DNA of 63,475 nt, filler included, from Octopus bimaculoides (lineage: Eukaryota): NCBI RefSeq assembly GCF_001194135.2. It is 5 parts of 5 records of this genome, joined end to end, with 100 filler letters (N's around TTAATTAATTAA, not from the genome) between each part and the next. Parts side by side here need not be neighbours in the genome. Positions count along the whole stretch, not along the records: positions 1 to 21,788 come from NC_068981.1; positions 21,889 to 33,812 come from NC_069008.1; 3 more parts are not named here. One strand, written 5' to 3'. This document shows, one piece after another, positions 12,731 through 25,648 of the stretch. How positions within the stretch are numbered: position 1 is the first letter of the stretch; each line of letters starts with the position of its first letter. The notes below the pieces were generated by a model. The model was not told the origin of the DNA and made no database searches. It worked only from the letters and a program-made list of their open reading frames with translations. The translations under genes were made by a program, and so were the position numbers.

Positions 12731-13999
12731 TACTTATATATACACTCACTCACTCACACAAACATACATACTCATACACATGTATACGTCCTCCAAGATG
12801 AATTTGCCCATTTCGTTGCCTACGAGACCGATGATATATGTAACTGACCAAATGCAAAATATATCGGTATCATTGATTAAAATACTTGGAAGCCGTGCAC
12901 CAGTATATCCGCATTTCAGAGATTAAAAGTAAAGGAGAGAACATACATACACACCTTATTAAACAGGGACAGACAGAGTCATAATGTTAGTTAGTTTTAT
13001 ATTTCGCTCATTTTTAGTAAAGCCTATTAACGTCTTCTTATCTCGGTATAATTTTTTTTTATATTGTTAGCTATCAACGTAAACAAACAAATCTTCATCG
13101 TTTACTTTGCACCTCGTAAATTTATTTTCTAAAGAAACGTGATAGGAAATATATTATAGCTAACTTCATTTAGTAAAGCTAATTAACAACATTTTATCTC
13201 ATTTAGTAAAATTTTATTTAGCGACCAACATCAACATAAACAAATCCATAACGTTTACACTGTACATTCGTAAGCATTCTTATGAAGAAACATGATAGGA
13301 AATATTTTAATTTTTCCTGATAGATAGACGTAATGTAAGTAAAATTCTATATTTTCATTTCATTCAGTAAGAAAAAAAGTAGCATTTACCATCAACAGAT
13401 GCAAACACATGAAGTTTACATCTAACTTGATTAATTTATTTTAATTTTTCTTTATAGACCCAAACCTAAAGTAAACCATTTTTCTTTTTTTTTATATTTC
13501 ATCTCCTTTTGCATTTTGTCTTCTTTTATTGTCTCGGTTATTATCTCTTCCCGTTTTATTATTCCGCCTCATTTCATTATCTCATACAGGCAAATTACTT
13601 TCAACTGTTTTGTAATCCCTTTGTAAACTATAAACAACAAGAATTAGTGAAATTTGTTATCTTAAGAATTCAATTTTCATCCTAAATTACTCTACCTTCT
13701 TTTCCGATCGTGCAACAACCTAACAAATATCTCTTCATCTGGTGGATGCCAACAAAGTCGACTTCAGTGAAGGAGAAAGAGAAATTTTGTAAAACAAAAT
13801 ATTCAAGATAAAGAGAAACTAGCAAATGGAAGAAATACTTTTGCTTTTAATGGCGTGGAAATTAGTGAAAGGCGCTCTGCCCAATCATCAGGTTGCACAG
13901 GAATTAGAGAGTTTTGGTTTCTGTAGATCAACAGCACAAACAGAATGAAAAAAGAAAGAATTCATTTGTTTTTGTTATGTCTCAAGCTATTGCTATCTA

Positions 14000-16900
14000 G
14001 CACCTTCGGTTGATCTCTACTCAACCGCTACACAACTGCTACTCGACTGCTACTCGACTGCTACTCAACACCCTACCACGGCCAGACTACCTCTATTTAT
14101 GTCTTGGGAGATCCTACTTCTTCGCCTGGGTGCGTCGACACAACAGTTTTTATGCCCTTGTGAAGCCATGCATTAGTCTGCTGGACAACTTAATGCATCA
14201 TGAAGATGAGGCAAGCGCAAACAAAGAAAGCAGCAACCAAGTTTCCTCAGAATATGAAAACGCTATCAAGAAAACACACATGGCACAAATGGCTTCCAAA
14301 GCAAAGGCGAAGAAAATAGAACTGGTCAAAGAGAAGTTGTCACTACCACAAAGATGAAGAAGGAAAACTACCAGGAAGAGACGCTGATAACCAAGACAAA
14401 GGACATAGTAAAAAAAAAACACAAGTAATAAAAATAATAAAAAATACTAAGGCTAAAACAGAAACTATACGAAAACAGCAAACAAAACCCGAACCACTTG
14501 TAGATTCTATGTAAAAGGTGTTTGCTGGCATAGAGAGATGGGGACAATCTGCCACTTTATTCATCCTGAGCGCAGACAGTGTAGCACCAAAGTTAGCAAT
14601 TACTCCCCAGTAAACCAACAGGGTAGAAAGAAAACACACTCGAAGAAGCTCATAACTCACAGAGCACCAGCAGTAAAAAAAAGACACGCCGTATATCATC
14701 TGCACTCACCAAAAGCAGCACGCAAATGCAGTGCTAGCTGCAGCTGTCGAGCAATAGAATACTTTAAGTGTAGCTCAAAAGATTGTGCAACTGCTGTCAT
14801 GTTTATAAACGAAATTGAGCCAAAACCATGCACACCACAAGACCATCAAAAATATTAGACCCAGGATGGCCACTATTGTCGCCAAACCAAACCACGCCAA
14901 CTCTACTATTAAATATTAGACATCTATTACAGTTCAGCAGCCTGAGATAACTTTCTACACACAATGAAACAATATGCATAGCACTTACTAAAACGTATTT
15001 CTCAACAAACATAAATGATGCGGTGATATATATATCAAAATATGCTTTATTTTGTACAGACATTAAAGAAATAAAGCATGGTAGAATTGCAATGTAAAAT
15101 ATATCCGAAAATATATCATACCCTTAACTCTAGTGTGACTCAAACTCAGCCCGACACACTAATAGTACATATAAAGCAACTCGATTTGGTAATATGCGCA
15201 TTATATCGTCCACCTGACGCTTCAAATCACGATGGTAAATACGAGGAAAGTTTTAAAGTAAGTGATGTATTAACGAAACCAGATCATCGCCTTAATGTGT
15301 GATTTCAACTTTCCCAATATCAAATGGCTTGAAAACAAAATAATCTCAAGAATATCACGCAAAGAACTGAATCAAGCAGAATTTCACTTGGATCTAATGA
15401 GACCATTGTTTATGGAACATACAATACTATTTCCGACCATGAACAACAACATCTTAGACTTCTGCCTCACCAATAACGTGAAACTTATCCGCAATGTAAA
15501 GGTGTCGCTAACGATTTACTCAGACAACATAATAGTACTAAAAATGAATATATGGTCCAAAATTAAACAATGCTGTATACCACAGAAGAAGCTCCCAGAC
15601 TTTAACCATATTGCACTTCTGGAATGCTGACTGTAATTCGGTTCAGAAAGAGATTCTGAAACATAATGCAGGAGTACAGCATAAAATTCAAAGAATTCAT
15701 TTCAGTTATCCTTTCTAGTAAACGTACAAGCCTGACATTTAGGGAGTTACTCGATTACATCGACCCATGCTCAACTGATACTAATTTTATCGACCCCTAG
15801 GGTGGAAAAACAAAGTCGACCTCGGTGAAATTTGAACTCAGAACGGAAATATTTATGAAATGCAACTAAGCATTTTGATCGGCGTTTTCCAGCCGGCGTT
15901 TCTGCCAGCTCGCCGCTTTATTTCAATAATACGAGTCATATGCATTAAGTTTGTCCCAAAAACATTATTTTCCGAGACAGAAGAGTCTTTATAAAATAGA
16001 GAAGATCTCGAATCGCTGAAATAAAAACAACATAATGACAGTGAAAAGATCCATCGCAAAAAAGTTACTTTGAGAGATCGAAAATAAACTCAGACTCCTC
16101 CATGAAAAAGAAAAGGAAAGAGTACCCAGGGCAGCCTAAAATATTAAAAAAAAAAAAAATCATGAGGCCTTCTACACAATTGCAAAAGAATCTATTTCAG
16201 TGCGCTATAAAATAGGTCTACTGTTTGAAGAAAATGGCTCACTAATTGCAAACCCCTCAAAGGAAATACTAAATAAACAATTCCAAAATATTTACACTTC
16301 CCCACTTGGAGATATGAAAATAAGTCTGATGAGCTCTTCAGCACCGCAGATCCACATAGGGAAGAGGAACCACTGATTACATCGTCATAAAAGAAGAGAA
16401 TTGATAAAATGAACTTGAATTCAGCAACGAGCCCTGATAATTTTTCAATTATTCTTTAAAGACATGCAAGACGGCTCCCGCAAATCCACTGCAAATACTT
16501 TTCCAGAGTTTCCTTACATATGGCAAACTTCCCAAAATGTTAAAAGGAGGAAAGTACCCTCTCCATAATGGAGAAATCAGAGCAGATGTTAAATATTACA
16601 AGCTTCTCTATCTTTGATTTCACATGTTAGCAAAGTCACGGAACGCATTATAAAAAGAAAGCTGATCACATTCCAAGAAATAAGTAACTCACTAACACGC
16701 AGCATGGCTTCCGTCCAAGAAGGAACTGCTTTACACAGCTACTATGACTGGATGCTGAAACAACAACAACTCGACCGTTCAAATGTAGATGTGATATATA
16801 CTAACTCTGCCAAAGCTTTCTGTAAATTTGATCACGGGGGGAAATACCACAAACTGCGTGACCATGGTATCGTTGGAAAATTAGGAGAGTGTCTGCATGA

Positions 16901-17265
16901 TTTTTTTTAAAGTCAGACAGTGGCAGCCAATGGTGCTCCCTCTGACATCAATTCTAAACGACGTCCCTCTGGGAACTGTACTGAAACCACGACTGTTCGT
17001 GCATCAGTCATGTAGTCAGTCCTTTTCACTAACTTCGCTGATCATAGAAAAGTATCACGGGTAGACAGTTCCCCCATTATGGTTGCAGCATAACCTCAAA
17101 CTAAAAGCGAAACTGGAGACAATGCAACGTCATGCACCAAGAAGATTTCCTCTGTGCAACATATGAGTTACATGAAGACACAAAAAGAAATGAGTCAATA
17201 GGCAAAAGATATGCACTGCAATATCTATGGAAGCTCTTGCGGTATTTACACCTAACTTTGTCATT
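14000..17265 (+). mobile_element. Near full-length degenerate CR1-group LINE (ORF1 with CCCH zinc finger, APE, RT)
   Basis: ORF1: CRFYVKGVCWHREMGTICHFIH (14499-14564). APE: ALYRPP, DFNFPNIKW, PTMNNNILDFCLTN. RT: KAFCKFDH, FADHRKV. C-terminus: KLETMQR, RYALQYLWKLL. Many stops and frameshifts. Confidence 0.88.
15725..15915 (-). mobile_element. SINE family 3 inserted in the LINE
   Basis: Reverse complement of the ggc.gagctggcagaa...gagttcaaattc...gtcgac units stacked at 46585-47362. Confidence 0.8.
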
Positions 17266-17335
17266 GAAAGCTATACCAGCCCTAGAACTTGGCGCCCCTG
17301 CATCATACGAAAGAGTCCACCCATCTATCTTGAGT

Positions 17336-17570
17336 AGTGGTTCTCAACCAGAGTCCATATGGCTTTCAGGGGTTCATATAAGATTTCGTTCTTAAATTTT
17401 AAGTTAGTTGGACTTCTACAATACTCAAAATATTTTAACAATTTTTCTATACAATTCCTAATAATATTCTAATCATAAACATATAATACGATTTTTCAAA
17501 CACTGAATGGCTTGGAGGATCCATCCGCGTAAAATAGGAATCAGAAGGGGTCCATAAGTAAAAAAAATGC
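17336..17570 (+). mobile_element. hAT-type MITE
   Basis: Begins TAGTGGTTCTCAAC; homologous to 7319-7555. Confidence 0.65.
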
Positions 17571-17816
17571 AACACTGTAATAGCTTAGGGTTCAAGGTCC
17601 ACAGCTTTTCAATACAATCCCAAAACAAACTCGGTGATCCACGATGAGTAGATATGGATTATTATCTATAATAACAAACGAATCCACAGCACGGCAAGAA
17701 ACGCAAATAAAGGATACTTTCACTAACTCACTGCTTCACCAGAGCCAATTCCGGAGAGGAGGACGGGAAAGTGAGCACAAATGAACTAGGAATTATAGAA
17801 AGGGCGGTGCCACACC

Positions 17817-17841
17817 ATGGCCTCATCGCTGTGTGAAACGA
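17817..17841 (+). CDS. Candidate tiny first coding exon (MASSLCET)
   Basis: Kozak-like acaccATGG, in-frame upstream TAG, donor ACGA|GTAAGA, and upstream ccaat, ttccgg and gggcgg motifs. Too short for homology. Confidence 0.2.
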
Positions 17842-18034
17842 GTAAGAAAAATAGTACAAGTATGAGAGTGGGGGGGTAGAGGGAGAAGGAGACGGAGAGA
17901 GGGGGAGACAGTGAGAGAGGAGATGGATGCACGGATAGATTAATGGATGGATGACGGGACAGATGGATGGATGCCTGAATCGAAAAAGGATTTTTGTAAC
18001 AAAGCAAAAACGTGTCCAAAATACTCATTCAGCT

Positions 18035-18036
<2 letters not shown>

Positions 18037-18074
<38 letters not shown>

Positions 18075-18490
18075 GTGTGTGTGTGTGTAGTGTATGCACG
18101 AAAGTGTGCGTGCGTATGTGTGTGTAGGCGCGTATGTATGTGTAGTGCGCATGCGCAAGTGCGCGCGTGTGTGTGTGTAGTGCGTGTGCGCAAGTGTGTG
18201 TATGTATAGTGTGTGTGTATGCGTAGTGTATGCTCAAGTGTGTATGCGTGCGTGGGTGTCTCTGTAGTGTGTGCGCACAAGTGTGCGTGTGTGTGTGTAG
18301 TGTGTGTGTGTGTGTCCACAAGCAGTGTATACCAATCACCATGCTACGAGAAAAATTGCCTCACTAATATTGGAGGAAAAAAAATGTACTCGTCGAAAGG
18401 AAAAGGGAGATAACTTAAATTATCTCCCTTACATCGGAGCTTTCTGTTTCACTGAAGTTTAAACATGTAAACATATCAATACGTAAACAT

Positions 18491-18527
<37 letters not shown>

Positions 18528-18772
18528 TACGAACATACACATTAGCATGAATGTGCACGCGTGTGTATACATATACAAATGTATTTTCATACATCAATGT
18601 CGAATTGCATATTGTCCTACACGACACACAGCCACACTCAGATGTTCACAGACATTTGTGTGTTTGAATATAGAGTAAGATAATATAAAACTTGTAAATT
18701 AATATAAATGAATATATGAGTATACATTTACATATACATACACACGCGCGCTCGCATAAAGATATGTTTGTA

Positions 18773-18841
<69 letters not shown>

Positions 18842-18900
18842 NNNNNNNNNNNNNNNNNNNNNNNNNNNNNNNNNNNNNNNNNNTGTGTGTGTGTGTGTGT
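18037..18900. repeat. (TG)n/(CA)n microsatellite cluster
   Basis: Tracts at about 18037-18316, 18495-18525 and 18776-18900. Confidence 0.85.
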
Positions 18901-19033
18901 GCATTTGTATTTATATATATGCCTAACTATTTAAATATGTATGTGTATACGCTTTTCAATGCATTTATGTATTATAAATATGCATGTATATATATTTATA
19001 TCTATATTTATATAAACACACTGAATATGTATA

Positions 19034-19176
19034 GGCGCAGGAGTGACTGTGTGGTAAAAAGCTTGCTTCCCAACTACATGGTTCCGTGTTCAGTCCCACT
19101 TGCTGACCAAAGCCTTGTGAGTGTGATTTGGTACAGGGAAACTGAAAGAAGCCCATCATACGCACGCACACACATA

Positions 19177-19207
<31 letters not shown>

Positions 19208-19406
19208 TTTGTGTCTGTGCTTGTTCCCCCTCCATTGCTTGATAACCGATGTTGGTGTGTTTACATCCCCGTAAAGTAGCGGTTCCTCAAAATAGACCGA
19301 TAGAATAAGTACTAGGCTTACAAATAATAAGTACTGGGGTCCTTTTGTTCGACTAAAGGCGCTGCTCCAGCAAGGCCGCAGTCAAATGACTGAAACAAGT
19401 AAAAGA
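19034..19406 (+). mobile_element. Full-length SINE family 1
   Basis: tRNA-like head (A-box-like tgactgtgtgg, B-box-like gttcagtccc), internal (TG)n, tail tgactgaaacaagtaaaag. Confidence 0.92.
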
Positions 19407-19606
19407 ATTTTTTAAATACATAGGCTCACGGTGGTGCACCAGCATGACCGCAGCCACTTGGCTGAAACACATAAATAAATAAATATGGATGTATGCATGT
19501 ATGTGTGTGTACGTATGTGTGTGTATACACTCATACACACACACAAGCACACACACATACACACACACACACACAAGCACACACACATACACATACACAC
19601 ACACAG

Positions 19607-20130
19607 GTACGTGTCGCTTGTTGAGGATGTCTCATATTTGAATGACCCAAAACATTCAACGCTCTTAAGTACTGCCAGTAATGTACATCGACATTTTCTT
19701 CTTTGGAGCAGTGAGATCTGTTTGTGTGGTTACCCAAGACAAAATAGTAGTAACTGGGAGATACACCGTACAGCTCGGAGAGATGGCAACGGGACAGTGA
19801 TAGTCAGCAACCCAACCTGCATCTTCTGTGAAAATTCACGCCAAGGTCAGACCAACTTACGGATTGTTAAAGCCAGGCGTTTCCGAGAGAAGGGATGATA
19901 AGAATCCTTTCTGACCAATCCAAAAGATAACACTATTTGCCAATGGATATATGACGATGTGTATTGAATGTGTTTGCCGCCGATTGTGCAAAAACTCGCG
20001 TGGCCGTAAGATCTACCGGACCTAGAAGTGGATAGAATGGTATGATGTAACATCCCCTCATAACTATCGACGCACAGTAAGCAATTTTTTCGTAAGTTTG
20101 TATTAACATTCCCAGACGATCTGGCTGTAA
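19607..20130. other. Unexplained coding-like island (degenerate beta-propeller relic on plus, or symmetric exon 20124-19861 on minus)
   Basis: Non-repetitive, balanced-GC segment with long open frames on both strands; see findings. Confidence 0.3.
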
Positions 20131-21479
20131 AAATATATATTTTATTGAAATATAATGCATCTAATATTGAATTATCCAATATGTCCTTCTTTTTTAGAGA
20201 CAGTAAGCTGTGATCTGCGGAAAAGTACTTCTTTTCTTAGTGGGTAGAACAAATTCCGTATAGGATACCCTTGCCCTTCGAGATGTGGAGCAATTGTTCC
20301 GTCTGTGAATTATTGTCCTTTATTTTCTCTCAATATTGTATTATACATCGAACCATCGTTGGATGATTACTGTAGCATATCAAGAGGGATTTTTTTTATA
20401 TGTAAAATGTTTGTAAGCCTCTCATTCAACTCTTCTCCTAAGGTACAACCACATGACCGATTCCCAGACAAATGGAGGAGAAATATAACTAACATCAGTA
20501 TTTGAATGGCACTTTATTTATCAGCCTCAGAAATATCAAAGATAGGATCTAAACTTAGAGCGCATAAGGAAATAGCACAAGAAATTCTTTAACTCTCCAA
20601 CAGATCTTCAATGATTCTGCTAATTTTCCACATAAATTATCGCCGGAACGTATTTAGAATAAATATGTAAGTCATCGTTTTGATTATCGCTATTCCCCGT
20701 GCATAGTAAGATTTATTATCGTTTGGCAGATATTAGTATGTATCAACAATCAATTTGTTCGCTGAAGTTAAAAAACACGAACCTTAAATTCTTGTTAGAT
20801 TCATTAGTACGGGTTGCCTTCTGCTGAGGAGGCACAACGATATCAAAACATCAGGTGTCCTAGAGTCCCTAGCGCTAATGACTCAAGTATTATGAATACG
20901 CATTCGTCGAGAAGAAGAAGTTGTTCTCCAATGACGACGGACGTGGATTGGTTGGTTATTTCAATTACCACTCGCTAAGCAAGATCCGTCTAGGCTCTAG
21001 AGAGAGAAAGTGCCTGTCTCAAAGAGTATTTGCGAAAAGATGGATGTCAGTGGTAAAGATACTGCAGGCAAATGAGACCGAGCTAGTGTAGCCGGTCAGA
21101 AGCGACGAAAGAGGGGAAAGAAAAACAAAGAACTGGCAGGTTAATTAGATCACCGACAGCGTTAATTCCAGTGGAATTTTCATACTAATAAATTTTTAAT
21201 TTCATAATCACCCGATTTCAAATCCGATTTTATAATTTTATTTTTATGATTGTAACACCGTATTTATGTATGTATGAGTCCACCTATGTTCCCATCTATG
21301 TAATCTCCATGTGGGAAATAAAAGAAATATGTTCTCCAGTGACGAAATGCACCAGCGATTCGCATATTCATGCTCGAATCTGCCGGAATTTATTAAGAAT
21401 GAATATGCAAGTCACCGTGCAGATATATCAATGTGAAAATTTTTTCTGCTGCTATTGCTCTTTTTGGTTGATGGTCGTT

Positions 21480-21517
21480 GCTGCTTCTGCTTCTGCTTCT
21501 GCTTCTGCTTCTGCTTC

Positions 21518-21553
<36 letters not shown>
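21480..21553. repeat. (GCTTCT)n/(GCT)n repeat
   Basis: Visible directly. Confidence 0.9.
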
Positions 21554-21554
<1 letters not shown>

Positions 21555-21788
21555 AGTAATGATGTGGAAGAGGACAACGATGATAGCGATGATGAAATTT
21601 ATGCTATGATCAAAGGCGTTGTTGCAGCCGTTATTATCTAGTAAGCTTCTATACTAGGGTCTGCATTGTCCAATCCAATGTTTCTATCTCATTTTATTTA
21701 AGACGGGTTGGTAGAATCTGAGGGAGGTTTGCCTGCTGCTTCTATTAGTTCGAACGAAAGAACGACCGCATACATAGTTGCATCTTTG

Positions 21789-21888
21789 NNNNNNNNNNNN
21801 NNNNNNNNNNNNNNNNNNNNNNNNNNNNNNNNTTAATTAATTAANNNNNNNNNNNNNNNNNNNNNNNNNNNNNNNNNNNNNNNNNNNN
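21789..21888. other. Artificial scaffold join: 44N-TTAATTAATTAA-44N (also 33813-33912, 55589-55688, 60432-60531)
   Basis: Identical 100-nt token occurs four times; the 12-mer gives stop codons in all six frames. Confidence 0.95.
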
Positions 21889-22261
21889 GTAAAATAGGAA
21901 TCGACAAGGTCCACAGGTAAAAAATGGCTGAGAACCACTAATCCTAACCATTTATATATCTATACAATCTATATGACCATGTAGATATCTATTCCATCTA
22001 TGCATCCATATATTTATACCATCTATATGACCATGTATATATCTACACCATTTATGACCATCTGTATATCTATATTATATCTATACTATCTATACTATAC
22101 TATATCTATACCACCTATATCTATACTATATGACCATCACCACTGACCCACACTCCATGTACCCCACTCAATAAAAGTCACTGATAATCATAATGTTCAA
22201 CATTGGTCTTTGTTGTGATTCTCTTTCATTCTCTCTCTCTTTTTGCCTTTGAGTTAAAGAG

Positions 22262-22263
<2 letters not shown>

Positions 22264-22334
<71 letters not shown>

Positions 22335-23595
22335 TGCATACATACCGATTGTTCCTTTTTGTCAGAAGAGTGCCCTTCCTTGAACCTTGCACAAACCATG
22401 TACATACAGGGGGCTCCTCAGCCCAGCTTCCGTTCTGCAAAGCTCGTTCACAAACGTAACTCTTGAATTGTCTGTCTCATGACATTGCTGGCTGCATCAT
22501 GACCTCATATATTTTACCATGCATGGCTAGGCCGCCAGATGACTTGCAAATTAATCCACACTCATTACAAATATGCTGCGAAGGACCATCTGGCACGCTG
22601 TTTGATTTCTCCCTGATTCATTTAAGTTTCTGTAATTGACTTCTCCAGCTTTTGAGAGAAGAAATCGCCCACACACATTGCCCGTCAGTTCCAGCTGGAT
22701 TTCTGCAAAACGCTGTACTTGAGTTTTGCTTCCGGAGTGAACGCTTCAGAGCAGCGCGCTCCCCACGTCCTTGCCGACAGGCATCGCATCAATTGCCAAC
22801 AATCCTTCTCCATGATGCACGGCTTTTAACAAATGCCTCCCACTTATTCACATCCACCTCAGAATCTTTCAAATTGCTTTTTGACATTTATTAAAATTAT
22901 TTCCTTGGTATATGGTGCTGCCTCCTCTATTTGGTTGGTTTCCTATCAAAAAGAAAAACCTTTAGGCATCGTTCGATTCTCTGTTCTCACACCATGACCA
23001 GCCCGACGCATCTCATTCAAAATTATTCTTTTCTCAATACTGGTGCTGGTCTCTTCCTAAATATAACGGAACCAAGAGTGTAAAGAGGAAGATTTCGTGT
23101 TCAGGATGCGTCAGATACCTTACTGAAGAAACCCTCCATCTGTTTAATATAATTCCTGTAGGTCGTTCACGTTTCACACCAATTTGGCAGGGCAATAAGA
23201 ACAAAGACCTCATACACAGAGAGTTTTGTGTTTCTTCTGATAACTCGATCTGACCAGACACACTTCTAGAGTCTCCCAAGGGCAACTTTAGCTTCCGCAA
23301 TCCTGTGATTGATTTCGCATCAAGGCTGTCATCTTTACTTAACCTACCTCCGTTATACACAATGTTGTCCGCCACTTCAAGACTTCCTCTCTCGAAGATG
23401 TCAGGTTCCATATATGATTCCCCAACCGGTGGAGTGTACATGACGTCTCTCTCCTTCCGGCTGAAATTTATTCCGAAACAGATGCAAGTCTCGGAGATGT
23501 CCACAAGCATCTGCATGTCCACTACCGAGTGAGCCACAAAATCTGTATCATAAGCATAAACGAGATCACTGACAAGTGTGCTAAACATTTATGAA
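22264..23595 (-). mobile_element. 5'-truncated RTE-clade (BovB-like) LINE with (TAA)n tail
   Basis: DLVYAYDTDFVAHS (YADD-like), YTPPVGESYMEP, MRRAGHGVR, terminal CGRFLLSKAG-like motif, and a tail at 22264-22334. Heavily frameshifted. Confidence 0.85.
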
Positions 23596-23608
23596 TTGGT
23601 GTTATAGC

Positions 23609-23656
<48 letters not shown>

Positions 23657-24134
23657 TGACCCAGAGCTTACTGACTCGGAAATATCAAGCCAATGTGATG
23701 AAAAATGCCGATACTGCAACGATGAGATTGAAACAGTGGAACACCAAATCTCTAGAGGTAAGGTTTTAGCACCTTTTAGGTACAAATCAAGACCTAACAG
23801 AGTTGGCCAATATCTACACTGGATAATATGTCGGCATTATAAAATCAAAACTCCTGACAAATCGTACAAGCAATACACAGAGGCTGTAACTGAGGGAGAA
23901 AATGTAACGATTCTTTGGGACTTCCCAGTATGTACAGACCAACAATCAAAGCTAATAAAGCTGATATTGTTGTGAAAGACCAAAATAATAAAGTCTGTTT
24001 ATTGATTGACGTGAGCATACCCGGTGACCAAAATAATTTGATAAGCTCAGAAAATATAAAGAATTGCTAATCGAAATCGGAAAGATGGTTACAATACCAA
24101 TGATTGTAGGAGCAATTGGAATTATCCCCCCCCC
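23657..24134 (+). mobile_element. R4/Dong-like 3' fragment (zinc knuckle plus RLE) abutting (TAA)n
   Basis: KCRYCNDEIETVEH...GQYLHWIICRHYKI...TILWDFPV..TD, then ADIVVKD...LIDVSIP. Preceded by (TAA)n at 23609-23656. Confidence 0.85.
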
Positions 24135-24339
24135 NNNNNNNNNNNNNNNNNNNNNNNNNNNNNNNNNNNNNNNNNNNNNNNNNNNNNNNNNNNNNNNNNN
24201 NNNNNNNNNNNNNNNNNNNNNNNNNNNNNNNNNNAAATAGTGGTCAAGAATTCTAGGAGTGGTTGTAGCTGTCGAATAACTAGCTAGTATGGCCGTAGTC
24301 CGATGACTGAAACAAGTAAAACAAAAAAGATGCATGCAA

Positions 24340-24358
24340 ACTTATACACGCACGCACG

Positions 24359-24390
<32 letters not shown>

Positions 24391-24544
24391 TATCTACATA
24401 CACACACACACACTGACAGACACACACACGTACGCACACTCACGCGCGCGCGCACTCACACTCACACACTCACACACACAGACACGCACACTACATAAAT
24501 CCATATATATATATATATATATATGTATATAATATAAATAATAT

Positions 24545-24581
<37 letters not shown>

Positions 24582-24583
24582 CT

Positions 24584-24672
<89 letters not shown>
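24340..24672. repeat. (CA)n/(TA)n compound microsatellite
   Basis: Visible directly. Confidence 0.9.
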
Positions 24673-24673
<1 letters not shown>

Positions 24674-25008
24674 TATATGGGTACAGGACGTCGCACACAA
24701 TAAACGACATGTAATACGTGAACAAATGAATTGAATACGCAAAGAGAGAAACAAATGGAAAACAGGACAAGTAACATAAAGAACGACCCTTGATCAATTG
24801 TCGGCTGCCTATCTACTCCACATTTCGAGCATTGATCGATAATATGAGTCTTCGAAGGCAGTTGCTCCCACAAATACCAAATAAAATTTGGGATTTATGG
24901 AGGGTCAAAGTTGGGAACAAAAAAGGACAGTGGAGACATCCAAATAAATCGAACGAGAACAGGCAAATGAAGGTAATAAATTATAAATTAAGATAATTTA
25001 TTACCAGT

Positions 25009-25488
25009 GGCGCAGGAGCGGCTGTGTGGAAAGTAGCTTGCTTACCNNNNNNNNNNNNNNNNNNNNNNNNNNNNNNNNNNNNNNNNNNNNNNNNNNNNNN
25101 NNNNNNNNNNNNNNNNNNNNNNNNNNNNNNNNNNNNNNNNNNNNNNNNNNNNNNNNNNNNNNNNNNNNNNNNNNNNNNNNNNNNNNNNNNNNNNNNNNNN
25201 NNNNNNNNNNNNNNNNNNNNNNNNNNNNNNNNNNNNNNNNNNNNNNNNNNNNNNNNNNNNNNNNNNNNNNNNNNNNNNNNNNNNNNNNNNNNNNNNNNNN
25301 NNNNNNNNNNNNNNNNNNNNNNNNNNNNNNNNNNNNNNNNNNNNNNNNNNNNNNNNNNNNNNNNNNNNNNNNNNNNNNNNNNNNNNNNNNNNNGGCTTAC
25401 AAAGAATAAGGGGTCGATTTGCTCGACTAAAGGTGGTGCTCCAGCATGGCCACAGTCAAATGACTGAAACAAGTAAAAGAGTAAAAAA
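25009..25488 (+). mobile_element. SINE family 1 spanning a gap; a partial minus-strand copy lies at about 25860-25990
   Basis: Head ggcgcaggagcggctgtgtgg before the gap and tail ...tgactgaaacaagtaaaagag after it. Confidence 0.85.
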
Positions 25489-25606
25489 GAATTCTTTTTT
25501 TGTGTGTGTGGTGGGTTTTAACTGTCATTTCTAGCATGTAAGGAGTCCTGTCAAAGGTCTTTTCTGTGTATAAAAAATATTTTATACACGTTATATATAT
25601 GTGTGC

Positions 25607-25648
<42 letters not shown>

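Noticed and set aside
19034-19110. tRNA-like sequences at SINE heads
   Set aside because: A/B boxes are present, but there is no complete cloverleaf and each continues into a SINE body.
21362-21410. 10-bp inverted repeat gcatattcat/atgaatatgc (POU-like sites)
   Set aside because: Short and AT-rich enough to arise by chance.
21833-21844. TTAATTAATTAA motif repeated four times in the window
   Set aside because: Always centred in an identical 44N+12+44N token, so it is an assembly linker and not biological.
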